Below, piece by piece: positions 40,288-48,903 of a stretch of 64,000 nt of DNA; positions within the stretch are counted from its first letter, which is position 1; the number at the start of each line of letters is the position of its first letter. The DNA lies in the NCBI GenBank assembly GCA_019057635.1, contig DXJL01000156.1:64146-128145 (forward strand), written 5' to 3'. This DNA comes from Candidatus Heimdallarchaeota archaeon. GTDB lineage: Archaea; Asgardarchaeota; Heimdallarchaeia; Hodarchaeales; Hodarchaeaceae. A program made the position numbers and the translations under genes. Under the pieces are notes generated by a model. It saw only the letters and a list, made by a program, of their open reading frames with translations, was not told the DNA's origin and did no database searches.

Positions 40288-40629
40288 ATGAAAATAAAAG
40301 AAAGTTTGAATATTGAATCAGAGAATATTACGATGTATAACTCAACTGGCACATCAATTCAGTGGTTGTGGGCAAAAAAAGACGGAGCTCCTAACTTTGC
40401 GCTCCGTAGATTCGTAATTGAACCTGGAGGCCAAATAGGAATTCATAACCACAATGAGGAACATGAAATCTTTATTCTTGCTGGAAATGGCTCTGTAGCC
40501 AATGATTCAGGGGATAAATATAATATAAAAGCGAATGATACAATTTTTGTTCCTCCGAATGAACCCCATGGCTATACTAATACAGGAAATTGTGATTTAG
40601 TATTCCTTTGCATAATTCCTCTCATGTAG
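40288..40629 (+). CDS. Cupin-2 domain protein, 113 aa
   Basis: Cupin motifs G(x)5HxH…E (…GGQIGIHNHNEEHEIFIL…) and …PPNEPHGYTN…. Confidence 0.7.
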   Translation: MKIKESLNIESENITMYNSTGTSIQWLWAKKDGAPNFALRRFVIEPGGQIGIHNHNEEHEIFILAGNGSVANDSGDKYNIKANDTIFVPPNEPHGYTNTGNCDLVFLCIIPLM

Positions 40630-42014
40630 GACAATTAGGAAGCAGAAATATGAATGGAGTATATGGCTCTGAATGGTTGGCTACTTACCATGAAGGTGAT
40701 TCACGGCTTCAAAACAAACGTCATGGAATATTAAGGATAAATACAGAAAAACAAAGAATAGAATTTGCTGTTCAGACAAAAGAAACTGAACATGCTCCCT
40801 TCATTCTGGTAAATTATCCTATTCAATACTTACAAGAGATTAAGAAAATCGAAAAGAGAAAAAACTTCAAAAAACAGGAATTTCTCGAATTTATTTTTGG
40901 AGATTCCCCCAATGTAATAAAACCTCTCTTTTCATTTAATTTAGTAGAACTAGACACCATTTCAAAAGAAATTCTCCGTTATCAACAAGAATTCAAGCAG
41001 ATTTCATCAGAAAAGAAATCCTCCCCAGAACCTGATATTGTCAAAGTTCTTTCTAATTTGTTGATGAAGCCAGTTGAACAACTACAGCATCTTTTTGATG
41101 ATGTAACCTCCCAATTTCGTTTTTTTACGCAGAAACCAATATCTTTCGGGTCAAAAATTCTAACAACGATTGATCCCCCTCAAGAATATGAAATTCAGGA
41201 AGTATCTTTGCATAATAGAGTGATTCATTTTTATCAATCAACCAACAAATTCCAGAGTACATTCATCATGCTTTCACCTTTGGGAGGGAAATTGGAAGAT
41301 TTATTCCCAATTAATAAATCCATGACTATGCGTAGTTTCAATGTGGTTTTTCTTGGAGTCAGAGGATTTACTTCTCCAATAGAGCAAGATACAGATTTTA
41401 AATTGAAAAACTATGTTGACGATTTAAGAAATACCATTGAGTTTCTAGCACCTAATAAAAAAGTAATTTTAGGTGCACATTCCATTTTATCGGCAGTAAT
41501 ATTTGAAGAATTCATGAAAGAAGAATACAATAATATTGAGAAATTTGTGGTTCTGTCAGGGATTCACCGTGCTCCGAATACTTTCAGGAATGGAGTAAAA
41601 GCATTACCACCAGTCAAACTCTGGGGACCATTTAAAGGACAAGTGAAGAAGATGGCACCAAATGTACTTTTCACTAAGAAATGTCCATCTGATATTCATC
41701 AACCCTTTGTAAAAGAGGCCTTTACAGTTCCTGACAAAGTATATTCGAACATTTTCAGGGATTTTTTACCAAAATTCGATTACAGTTCGACTTTGGAAAC
41801 GATTAATAAGCCCCTCTTATGTTTATGGGGAAACGAGGATCAAATTATTCCCATCGAATTGAGAGAAGAAATGAGACAGACCTTACCAAATGATTATTTT
41901 TATCATAAGACTTTACCTGGAGGACACATGCTCCCCTATGAATCTCCAACTCAAGTCGGGCAGGAAATAACCAAGTTCATTAATGCAAGAAGGAGTCGAA
42001 TTCATATTGAGTAA
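40608..42014 (+). CDS. α/β-hydrolase-fold protein with N-terminal domain of unknown function (start probably at the internal Met near 40650)
   Basis: C-terminal …LCLWGNEDQIIPIE…GGHMLPYESP… is typical of the α/β-hydrolase tail. The degenerate nucleophile elbow is ILGAHSILS. Confidence 0.55.
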   Translation: MHNSSHVGQLGSRNMNGVYGSEWLATYHEGDSRLQNKRHGILRINTEKQRIEFAVQTKETEHAPFILVNYPIQYLQEIKKIEKRKNFKKQEFLEFIFGDSPNVIKPLFSFNLVELDTISKEILRYQQEFKQISSEKKSSPEPDIVKVLSNLLMKPVEQLQHLFDDVTSQFRFFTQKPISFGSKILTTIDPPQEYEIQEVSLHNRVIHFYQSTNKFQSTFIMLSPLGGKLEDLFPINKSMTMRSFNVVFLGVRGFTSPIEQDTDFKLKNYVDDLRNTIEFLAPNKKVILGAHSILSAVIFEEFMKEEYNNIEKFVVLSGIHRAPNTFRNGVKALPPVKLWGPFKGQVKKMAPNVLFTKKCPSDIHQPFVKEAFTVPDKVYSNIFRDFLPKFDYSSTLETINKPLLCLWGNEDQIIPIELREEMRQTLPNDYFYHKTLPGGHMLPYESPTQVGQEITKFINARRSRIHIE

Positions 42015-42333
42015 TGAAACAAAACACCAATTTTTTACAATAAAATTTAGTGATAAATCCGAATGGAATAATTTTAAGGAAGATTTTAAGAGTATTTTAC
42101 GTGAACATGAAGTAAAATATCAGTATTCCGAGAAAGTCCCAACCTTTCACATTTTATACAAGAGTGAAGACATAAAGTTACGAATTGATTGGAAAGACGA
42201 GAATCTTATCGTAAATCTTCATACATTAAAGATATTAACTCCAGAATCTCAAGAAGCGTGTAATGAGATATACGAATTACTTCTTCTCTTTGAAGGAAAG
42301 CTTGAAGATGGGAGTTCTCCCTATGATTGGTAA
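41983..42333 (+). CDS. Hypothetical protein, about 105-116 aa
   Basis: ORF overlapping the end of the previous gene. No motifs. Confidence 0.3.
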   Translation: MQEGVEFILSNETKHQFFTIKFSDKSEWNNFKEDFKSILREHEVKYQYSEKVPTFHILYKSEDIKLRIDWKDENLIVNLHTLKILTPESQEACNEIYELLLLFEGKLEDGSSPYDW

Positions 42334-42550
42334 AACATCAATCAGTGCATGTTTTTTCGAGTGCTTTAATGAACTCTTTTAATAGTGAGTAAAAAGGACG
42401 AAGTTGTCCTTCTTCCCATTTTGCCGCAATATTTTTGTAAAGATCTCCTTCTAAGTTGAGTTGAAGTCCAGTAGAGGTTTGTTGTACTGATATTCCCTCT
42501 GTTTCCATAGTCATCACGTAGCAAGTGTAAATGTGGTAAATAATACGAAT

Positions 42551-42612
42551 CTAGCAAAAACTACTACGTATAAAGTTTTGCTAGGCTAAAAAACAAAATA
42601 AAAAAACTAGCT
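42551..42612 (-). terminator. Hairpin plus oligo-T tract downstream of the 2-oxoacid:ferredoxin oxidoreductase operon (candidate terminator)
   Basis: Stem-loop CUAGCAAAAACU…AGUUUUGCUAG (42551-42586). On the minus strand a T7/T6 tract (42588-42610) lies about 100 nt past the porB stop. Confidence 0.3.
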
Positions 42613-42713
42613 AAAAATTGATACTCAATTTTTTCGACTGGAACAAGTTTTACACGATTACAGCAAAAAATAAGAGAACAAAAGTGGGAAAAGAGAGAAA
42701 AATGGGGGAGTAT

Positions 42714-43691
42714 TTAAACTCCACATTTTGCTTTAATTTCATCCCAACGTTTATCGATATCTTCTTGGAACAACGTTATCAAATCGTCTCGCTGTTCAGG
42801 TTTATAAAGATGTCTAAATCGACCCTGAGCCCTTAAATATTCATCAATAGGTTTTTTCTTGCTTGAATCATTGGCAATACGAAGACTGGGACGATCCATT
42901 GTGTACTCTCCATCTATAACACGATAAAGAGGCTGGATACACGTTTGAACAGCTAATCTAGTGATTTCGATTGAAAGAGATGGATCGAATCGTTGTCCAC
43001 GAGTACAAGAGGCATCCACATGAATAAAAGCTGGTCCTTCTACATCTAATCCCTGTCGAACCTTTTCAATCAGATCTTTAGGCTCTGCAGGAACTGCGGT
43101 TGCAACGAATGGAATTCGATGTGCAACTACGATATCAACAAGAGGTTTTTTAAATTGGCCCTTACCTGGAACAACAGATCCTGCGGGGGATGTTGTGGTA
43201 TTTGCAGCAAACGGAGTTCCACTAGAACGTTGAATACCTGTGTTCATATAGGCTCCATTGTCATAACAGATATAGAGGAAATCATGACCTCGTTCCAATG
43301 CACCAGAAAGCGATTGCAAACCGATATCAAATGTACCACCATCACCGCCAAACGCTACGATATCAATATGTTCGTCTTTAATCATGCCTTTACGTCGCAT
43401 GGCATTATATGCAGCTTCAATTCCGCTAGCTACCGCAGATGTGTTTTCAAAAGCTACATGTAACCAAGGTACTTCCCATGCTGTAAAAGGGTAAATTGTG
43501 CTTGCTACTTCTAAACAACCTGTCGCATTACAAACAACTGTAGGTTTATTGAAAGCCATTGTGACTTGACGTGCCATAGATCCCGCAGCACATCCAGCAC
43601 ATAAACGATGTCCACCTGAAAAATGAATTTTTTCTTTTGCATATTCTTTGAGTGTAGGCATATTCATTCCTCCTATTCTCGGACACCCCAC
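42714..43691 (-). CDS. porB: 2-oxoacid (pyruvate/2-ketoisovalerate):ferredoxin oxidoreductase, β subunit (TPP-binding)
   Basis: TPP-binding GDGG…(N) region (…AFGGDGGTFDIGLQSLSGALERGHDFLYICYDNGAYMNTG…). Cys-rich N-terminus for the proximal [4Fe-4S] cluster. Confidence 0.9.
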   Translation of the reverse strand: MGCPRIGGMNMPTLKEYAKEKIHFSGGHRLCAGCAAGSMARQVTMAFNKPTVVCNATGCLEVASTIYPFTAWEVPWLHVAFENTSAVASGIEAAYNAMRRKGMIKDEHIDIVAFGGDGGTFDIGLQSLSGALERGHDFLYICYDNGAYMNTGIQRSSGTPFAANTTTSPAGSVVPGKGQFKKPLVDIVVAHRIPFVATAVPAEPKDLIEKVRQGLDVEGPAFIHVDASCTRGQRFDPSLSIEITRLAVQTCIQPLYRVIDGEYTMDRPSLRIANDSSKKKPIDEYLRAQGRFRHLYKPEQRDDLITLFQEDIDKRWDEIKAKCGV

Positions 43692-44896
43692 CAGAAATAA
43701 GGAAGGTTTTCACCTTCATTAAAGCCTTGTATTGATCGATTATAGATCTCAGTCCATTCTTTGACTAAGCAATCACGGCCTCCTAATCCATAGCAATACT
43801 CTGCTATGTAAGGCGTTTGTTTCGCATCAAATAGTGTAGATTTAACATCTTGCCCCAAAATACCTCCAGGACTTCCGAAAGAATGTGCTCGTTCAACGGA
43901 AATAATACCCTTAATGTTCTTGGTCAGGGTAGAAAATTCGTTTCCGAACCAAGGACGGTAAACCCTTACTTTGATAAGGCCCACCTTTTCTCCATTTGCG
44001 CGTAGTTCATCGACCGCTGTTCGGGCATTTCCAGCCCCACTTCCCATTGTTACAAATGCATAATCTGCATCATCGATTTGGTAGCTTTCTATGGGGTTGT
44101 ATTCTCTACCTGTTAATTTTTGCCAATCCTTGAAAGTATCAATAATGATTTGTTTTGATCGTTGTTGAGCATCTCTTACTTGTGCTCGTGCTTCCATGTA
44201 ATAATCCTGTAGGTGTAATAACCCAATACTTACTGGATTATCAGGATCCAATCGTAGAGTGGATTTCCGTTCTCCACCAAGAAAATCTGATACGAGTTCC
44301 TTTGTTACTGGTTCAACACCCTCTATCGCGTGAGAGAGGATGAACCCATCAATCCCTACAGCAACTGGGAGAAGAACTTCAGGGTGTTCGCCAATTTTAA
44401 AAGCCATAATTGTTTGATCATAAGCTTCTTGGTTGGTTTCAGCAAATTGACTAATCCAGCCACTGTCTCTGAATAAAAGTTGATCCGTTTGTTCTCCATG
44501 AATATTGATGGGGCCAGATATTGCTCGATTAGCTATAGCACATACTATTGGAGTACGGGAGGAAGAGGCAATTTGCACAATCTCAAACATAAGCATTAGG
44601 CCTGCACTTGCAGAGGAAGTAAATACTCTACCACCAGCAGTACTTGCTCCAATACATGCGGACATTGCTGAATGTTCTGATTCTACACATACAAATTCCG
44701 TATCAACTTCCCCATTAGCAACAAAATCAGAAAAGCGTTCAACAATAATTGTTTGGGGGGTAATCGGATAAGCTGCTACTACATCGGGATTGACTAATTT
44801 AGCTGCTTGGGCGATAGCATCATCGCCAGTAACTGCAATTTTACTCATTTCAAATCCTCCATAATAATTGCTTTTTCTCCTTTTCTCCCTGGACAC
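43673..44896 (-). CDS. porA: 2-oxoacid:ferredoxin oxidoreductase, α subunit
   Basis: …SKIAVTGDDAIAQAAKLVNPDVVAAYPITPQT… is a typical POR/VOR α N-terminus. The 3′ end overlaps porB. Confidence 0.9.
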   Translation of the reverse strand: MSREKRRKSNYYGGFEMSKIAVTGDDAIAQAAKLVNPDVVAAYPITPQTIIVERFSDFVANGEVDTEFVCVESEHSAMSACIGASTAGGRVFTSSASAGLMLMFEIVQIASSSRTPIVCAIANRAISGPINIHGEQTDQLLFRDSGWISQFAETNQEAYDQTIMAFKIGEHPEVLLPVAVGIDGFILSHAIEGVEPVTKELVSDFLGGERKSTLRLDPDNPVSIGLLHLQDYYMEARAQVRDAQQRSKQIIIDTFKDWQKLTGREYNPIESYQIDDADYAFVTMGSGAGNARTAVDELRANGEKVGLIKVRVYRPWFGNEFSTLTKNIKGIISVERAHSFGSPGGILGQDVKSTLFDAKQTPYIAEYCYGLGGRDCLVKEWTEIYNRSIQGFNEGENLPYFWWGVRE

Positions 44897-45198
44897 TCAT
44901 ATGCACAGACACCACACCCTTTACAGTAGAACATGTCGAATTCAGGATGAGCTTTCCCATCTTCACCTGCAACCATTGTAATGGCACTATCTGGACAGTA
45001 GAAATAACATTTATAGCAGCTTGTGCAATTTTCTACTATTAAACGAGGTTGCTTTGCAGCCCAATCTCCTGTTCGGAAGAATTTGGCTGTTCCTGCAGGT
45101 GTGCTACCCGCCATGGGGAGTTTTTTGTAACCCCATTTCTCGGCTACCCATTTCTTAAATTCCACGTCACTAACATCTGTAGGTAATACGTCTGGCAT
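44845..45198 (-). CDS. porD: 2-oxoacid:ferredoxin oxidoreductase, δ subunit (2×[4Fe-4S] ferredoxin)
   Basis: Two Cx2Cx2Cx3CP motifs (CTSCYKCYFYCP, CKGCGVCAYECP). Confidence 0.9.
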   Translation of the reverse strand: MPDVLPTDVSDVEFKKWVAEKWGYKKLPMAGSTPAGTAKFFRTGDWAAKQPRLIVENCTSCYKCYFYCPDSAITMVAGEDGKAHPEFDMFYCKGCGVCAYECPGRKGEKAIIMEDLK

Positions 45199-45776
45199 TA
45201 GATTGAAACCTCCGAGTAAGAACGATTTATTGCTTTAATATTTTTATCAGAAATTGCTCCTTTCCCTTTAAAACGATTCTTAATTGCAGTTTCAAGGACT
45301 TCTAGCTTGATGATTTTATTGTCAGTTACTTTACACAAAGCACCCAATATTGCAGTGTTGGTAACAGCTAAACCAATCTCTTCTTTTGCAATTTTTGATG
45401 CATCGACAGTAGCTAACTTTACGTCAGGTCGTTTTTGTTTTACTGCTTGTACATCCGCTTTATTGGGATCATTGGTGTTTATCAGAATCAAACCACCTTG
45501 TTGTAATCCTGCAGTCACATCTATCTGACTAAGCAGTGATGGGTCCTGGACAATCACAATATCGGGTTCATATACTTCTGTCTTCATGTAGAACTTTTCG
45601 TCCGAAATACGGGCAAATGCAGCTATGGGTGCACCGCTCCGTTCAGGCCCAAAAGTTGGGAAGGCGTGAACATGCTTATCTTCTAGTAGCGCAGCTTCTG
45701 CTATTAAATAACTACTAGTCATGACACCTTGCCCGCCTCTACCATGTAATCGGATATCTATTATATTAATTATCAA
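45198..45776 (-). CDS. porG: 2-oxoacid:ferredoxin oxidoreductase, γ subunit
   Basis: …IRLHGRGGQGVMTSS…AFPTFGPERSGAP… is the γ-subunit signature. It is the first gene of the G-D-A-B order. Confidence 0.9.
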   Translation of the reverse strand: MIINIIDIRLHGRGGQGVMTSSYLIAEAALLEDKHVHAFPTFGPERSGAPIAAFARISDEKFYMKTEVYEPDIVIVQDPSLLSQIDVTAGLQQGGLILINTNDPNKADVQAVKQKRPDVKLATVDASKIAKEEIGLAVTNTAILGALCKVTDNKIIKLEVLETAIKNRFKGKGAISDKNIKAINRSYSEVSI

Positions 45777-45992
45777 AACAAGTACATCTCCTAGTTATTA
45801 AGAGTACAGTAATCGGCTCTAATAACCTTACTAGGCAAATAATTGTTCCCCATGAATAATATTAGTAATAATGCTTAACAATAATAAACATTAATTTCTC
45901 TCTCATTATCATTAGTGCAGGTCAAGAGGAGTGTATATAAGTAATCAAATATCAATTATCATAGAGTTATAATCAGAAGTTTTCCTATCAAA

Positions 45993-46598
45993 TTGAGATC
46001 GTTAACGATACGACTTCAGAACTTCCTTGATTGGGGAAACAGTTCAGAACCGAGTAATAAGGGGCATGAATCAATGAAGGATCAATATGTTTTGAAAATT
46101 TGTTCTTCAGGATCCTACCAAGTCGGCAAAACCTCACTTATTAGACGATATGCAGAAGGAGCCTTTGCCTCGAACTACATGCCTACAATTGGAGTTGATA
46201 TCACCAGTAAAGTAATAACGGTCAACAACCAAGAAGTTAAGCTGATATTACATGATACTGCAGGTCAGGAAGTTTTTGGCAAGCTTCGTAGATTCTATTA
46301 TGAAGGTTCTGTTGGATGCTTAATCGTTTATGACATTACGCGAAGAGAATCTTTCGAATCACTAGAATATTGGGTAAATGATTATCGAAGTGTGCGGGGA
46401 GAGGAAAGACCCATTGCTATTATTGGAAATAAGATAGATTTAGAGGATGAAAGACAAGTGTCTACAGAAGAAGGTGTCTCAATGGCCAAATCATTCGGTA
46501 TTCCATTTTATGAGTGTTCAGCAAAAACTGGGGGAGATATTATTCCTGAAATCTATACAACGATCGTTAAATTCAATATTGAAAAATTGGCAGTTTGA
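45993..46598 (+). CDS. Rab-like small GTPase (probable true start at internal Met about 46074)
   Basis: G1 GSYQVGKTS, G3 DTAGQE, G4 GNKIDL, G5 CSAKTG. Confidence 0.85.
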   Translation: MRSLTIRLQNFLDWGNSSEPSNKGHESMKDQYVLKICSSGSYQVGKTSLIRRYAEGAFASNYMPTIGVDITSKVITVNNQEVKLILHDTAGQEVFGKLRRFYYEGSVGCLIVYDITRRESFESLEYWVNDYRSVRGEERPIAIIGNKIDLEDERQVSTEEGVSMAKSFGIPFYECSAKTGGDIIPEIYTTIVKFNIEKLAV

Positions 46599-46605
46599 GC
46601 TTAGT

Positions 46606-47805
46606 TTATTCCTCTTCTCCCTTTTCCTCTATTTTTACATCTGCGACTTCTTTTATCAGATTACCAGTACTTTCAACAGGTTCTCCATGAGAAATGGACG
46701 TCTTTTCCTCCGTATGAGTGGCCATATCTTCATGAATTTGATTCTCCTCTAATGAATTAGGTTCATCCTGACCACCATTTACGGTTTCAATAACAGGTTC
46801 TTGTCGGGACGATGTAGACTCGACTGAGGGTATATCAGACGCTCTTTCATCATCATCTTCTATATCCTCAATTTGTTCAGCTTCAAAATCACCCATCAAA
46901 CGTTTTAATCTCCATAACATCTGTAATTTTAATCTACGACTCTCATTATCGAATCCAAAAGATTTCGCAAATTTAGGTGTCGATGTAAATATTAAGGATC
47001 GTGCTCGTTGTTCACTAACAATGAAATTATTTTCTTCTAATTTCCTACAAATTTCAGTTACTCTCAAGGGGCCAATACCTGTAACCATTTTCTTTACCAA
47101 TGATAAAGATATTGGTTGACGGTAAGCAATCTCTGTTAAAACTCTCCTCTCATCTGAAAGAAGGAATAGATCAGGTGTTAGTGATTGAAAAAATTCATGA
47201 AAAAGTGGGTTAAGCTGCATTACCCATCGATCTTTGGATATTTCTTCAATAACAATCGCGGAAGTCCTTTTTCTTTTTCGACTAAGCTTTCTTATGGCTC
47301 GTTTTATTGTAGGAGAATCCTCTTCAAAATTTTCAATGAGCTCATTTGAATGGATTGGCCTTCCAATGGAAAATAAAGCACCTTCAATTCGCTCTGCAAG
47401 AGAGGCAGGGGGAATCTCCTTCCGTGAAATAATATATTCTTCTTCCATTGGTTGTAAAAGTTCAGCCGAAGTTTTACTCAAGATTTGTGGAGAAACGAAA
47501 TCAGCAAATGATGAGTCTTGTTCGATTACATTTTTGATAAATGGGAGGATTATTTGTTCATCTGTTATTGTATCCTCTTCAAGCAATGATTCGGGGAGGA
47601 TACGGGTTAAATGGGCAAACTTATCTTCAAATGGTGTTTCTTTTATTTCAAAGACTTCAACTTCTTGCACTTTTTCCTCGACTATTTCATCAACGGTTGT
47701 TTCAGAAGGTATCTGCTTTTCTTCTATTACTTCTTCTGCAGATATTTCCTTTATTGCAGTTACATCTGTATTTTCTTTCTTTTTTCTCCGAAATAAGCGA
47801 AACAT
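46606..47805 (-). CDS. scpB: ScpB (kite) condensin subunit with long acidic N- and C-terminal extensions, 399 aa
   Basis: Core …ERIEGALFSIGRPIHSNELIENF…RRVLTEIAYRQPISLSLVKKMVTGIGPLRVTEICRKLEENNFI…FTSTPKFAKSFGFDNE… matches the two ScpB winged helices. Flanking regions of about 130 aa (N-terminal) and 110 aa (C-terminal) are Glu/Asp-rich. Confidence 0.75.
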   Translation of the reverse strand: MFRLFRRKKKENTDVTAIKEISAEEVIEEKQIPSETTVDEIVEEKVQEVEVFEIKETPFEDKFAHLTRILPESLLEEDTITDEQIILPFIKNVIEQDSSFADFVSPQILSKTSAELLQPMEEEYIISRKEIPPASLAERIEGALFSIGRPIHSNELIENFEEDSPTIKRAIRKLSRKRKRTSAIVIEEISKDRWVMQLNPLFHEFFQSLTPDLFLLSDERRVLTEIAYRQPISLSLVKKMVTGIGPLRVTEICRKLEENNFIVSEQRARSLIFTSTPKFAKSFGFDNESRRLKLQMLWRLKRLMGDFEAEQIEDIEDDDERASDIPSVESTSSRQEPVIETVNGGQDEPNSLEENQIHEDMATHTEEKTSISHGEPVESTGNLIKEVADVKIEEKGEEE

Positions 47806-47828
47806 CGTTTTTCCTCATTTTAGGGGTT

Positions 47829-48392
47829 CTAGTCAGTAAGTTGCAGTTGACTCATGGCGTAATCTTTTAAACCTCGCTGAATAGCGATTTTAACCTTATC
47901 AGAGTCATGAGGGAATTTAAACAAGTTTAAAAAATTTTCTGTTACAGTTATTTCTCGTTTATTACCTTTAGGAGTGACATTAATTAATGACATGGTTTGG
48001 AGTTCATCAATATCTTGTGAGACCCTCTTTCCAAAGATTCGTTGTAATTTGCTTGGACTAACAATTTCTTCAAGTACATACTCTTTAAAAGCAATAAGAC
48101 TTAGAATCTTTAGAAGGTGTCTGGGAACATCACTACGCTTTATAAATGGCCAATGGAGATGTGGTGCAACCTCGTCCCGTAATTGTAACTGAACTACGTT
48201 ATCTTCTAGGCTGACAATATGATAAGCGTTATTTTTATCTATATGTTCATCTCTAAGTTCCTCAATATAGCGTTCAATTTCATTTTCTTCTTTCTGGATG
48301 ATTTCTGACAGTTCGTGGTAGGTAACTGGCCGATCAAAAAGAAATAATGCTGCTTCAATAATATCAGTTTCATTTAATGAGTTTAAATCCAC
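47829..48392 (-). CDS. Divergent ScpB-like paralogue, 187 aa
   Basis: …IIEAALFLFDRPVTYHELSEII…YHIVSLEDNVVQLQL…HLLKILSLIAFKEY…LINVTPKGNKREITVTENFLNLFKF… is collinear with ScpB but more diverged. Confidence 0.6.
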   Translation of the reverse strand: MDLNSLNETDIIEAALFLFDRPVTYHELSEIIQKEENEIERYIEELRDEHIDKNNAYHIVSLEDNVVQLQLRDEVAPHLHWPFIKRSDVPRHLLKILSLIAFKEYVLEEIVSPSKLQRIFGKRVSQDIDELQTMSLINVTPKGNKREITVTENFLNLFKFPHDSDKVKIAIQRGLKDYAMSQLQLTD

Positions 48393-48903
48393 CAGTTCAT
48401 CACCAAGTTACCCTGAATTGTAGAAGGTTTTCTAGATTTATAATAATTTTTAAATAAGTTCCTAATAAAAAACCATTAGTGTGATAAAGCCAAACTATTG
48501 ATCATTTGTGAAAAACAGCTTTATACCAGAAAATACTGGAATAAAATGTCGTATTTGTGGAATGAGTTAATAATTTAATAACTTTGCTCGTATAATACAC
48601 TTTCTACCTTTTGTTTGAGTAATAGTATCTAAAACTAATCCTTTTCTGCTTCTATCTTAGAAAGAGTATCTTTATAACATCTTAGCAGCTTTTATTTTAA
48701 GCGAATCCCTCAATTGAGGATTTCACTTTTTGATACGTTCAATGAACTGCCTACTCAGAATGATAAATGTATAGTGAGAAATACGATTAGACTGGTGAGT
48801 AGATGTGTCTATTTCAATCTGTGTAGGAAAAACGTTCTGATTGTATTAAAAGAGAGGAAATTGATCCCCAAATGAGAAATAAGAGAATTAAAAAGGTGAT
48901 TAT

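Noticed and set aside
45993-46073. A 27-codon N-terminal extension of the Rab-like GTPase ORF (MRSLTIRLQNF…).
   Set aside because: The canonical G-domain begins at the internal Met (MKDQYVLKICSSG…), which is preceded by a purine-rich stretch. The longer start is probably an artefact of ORF calling. Coordinates were kept with a note rather than split.
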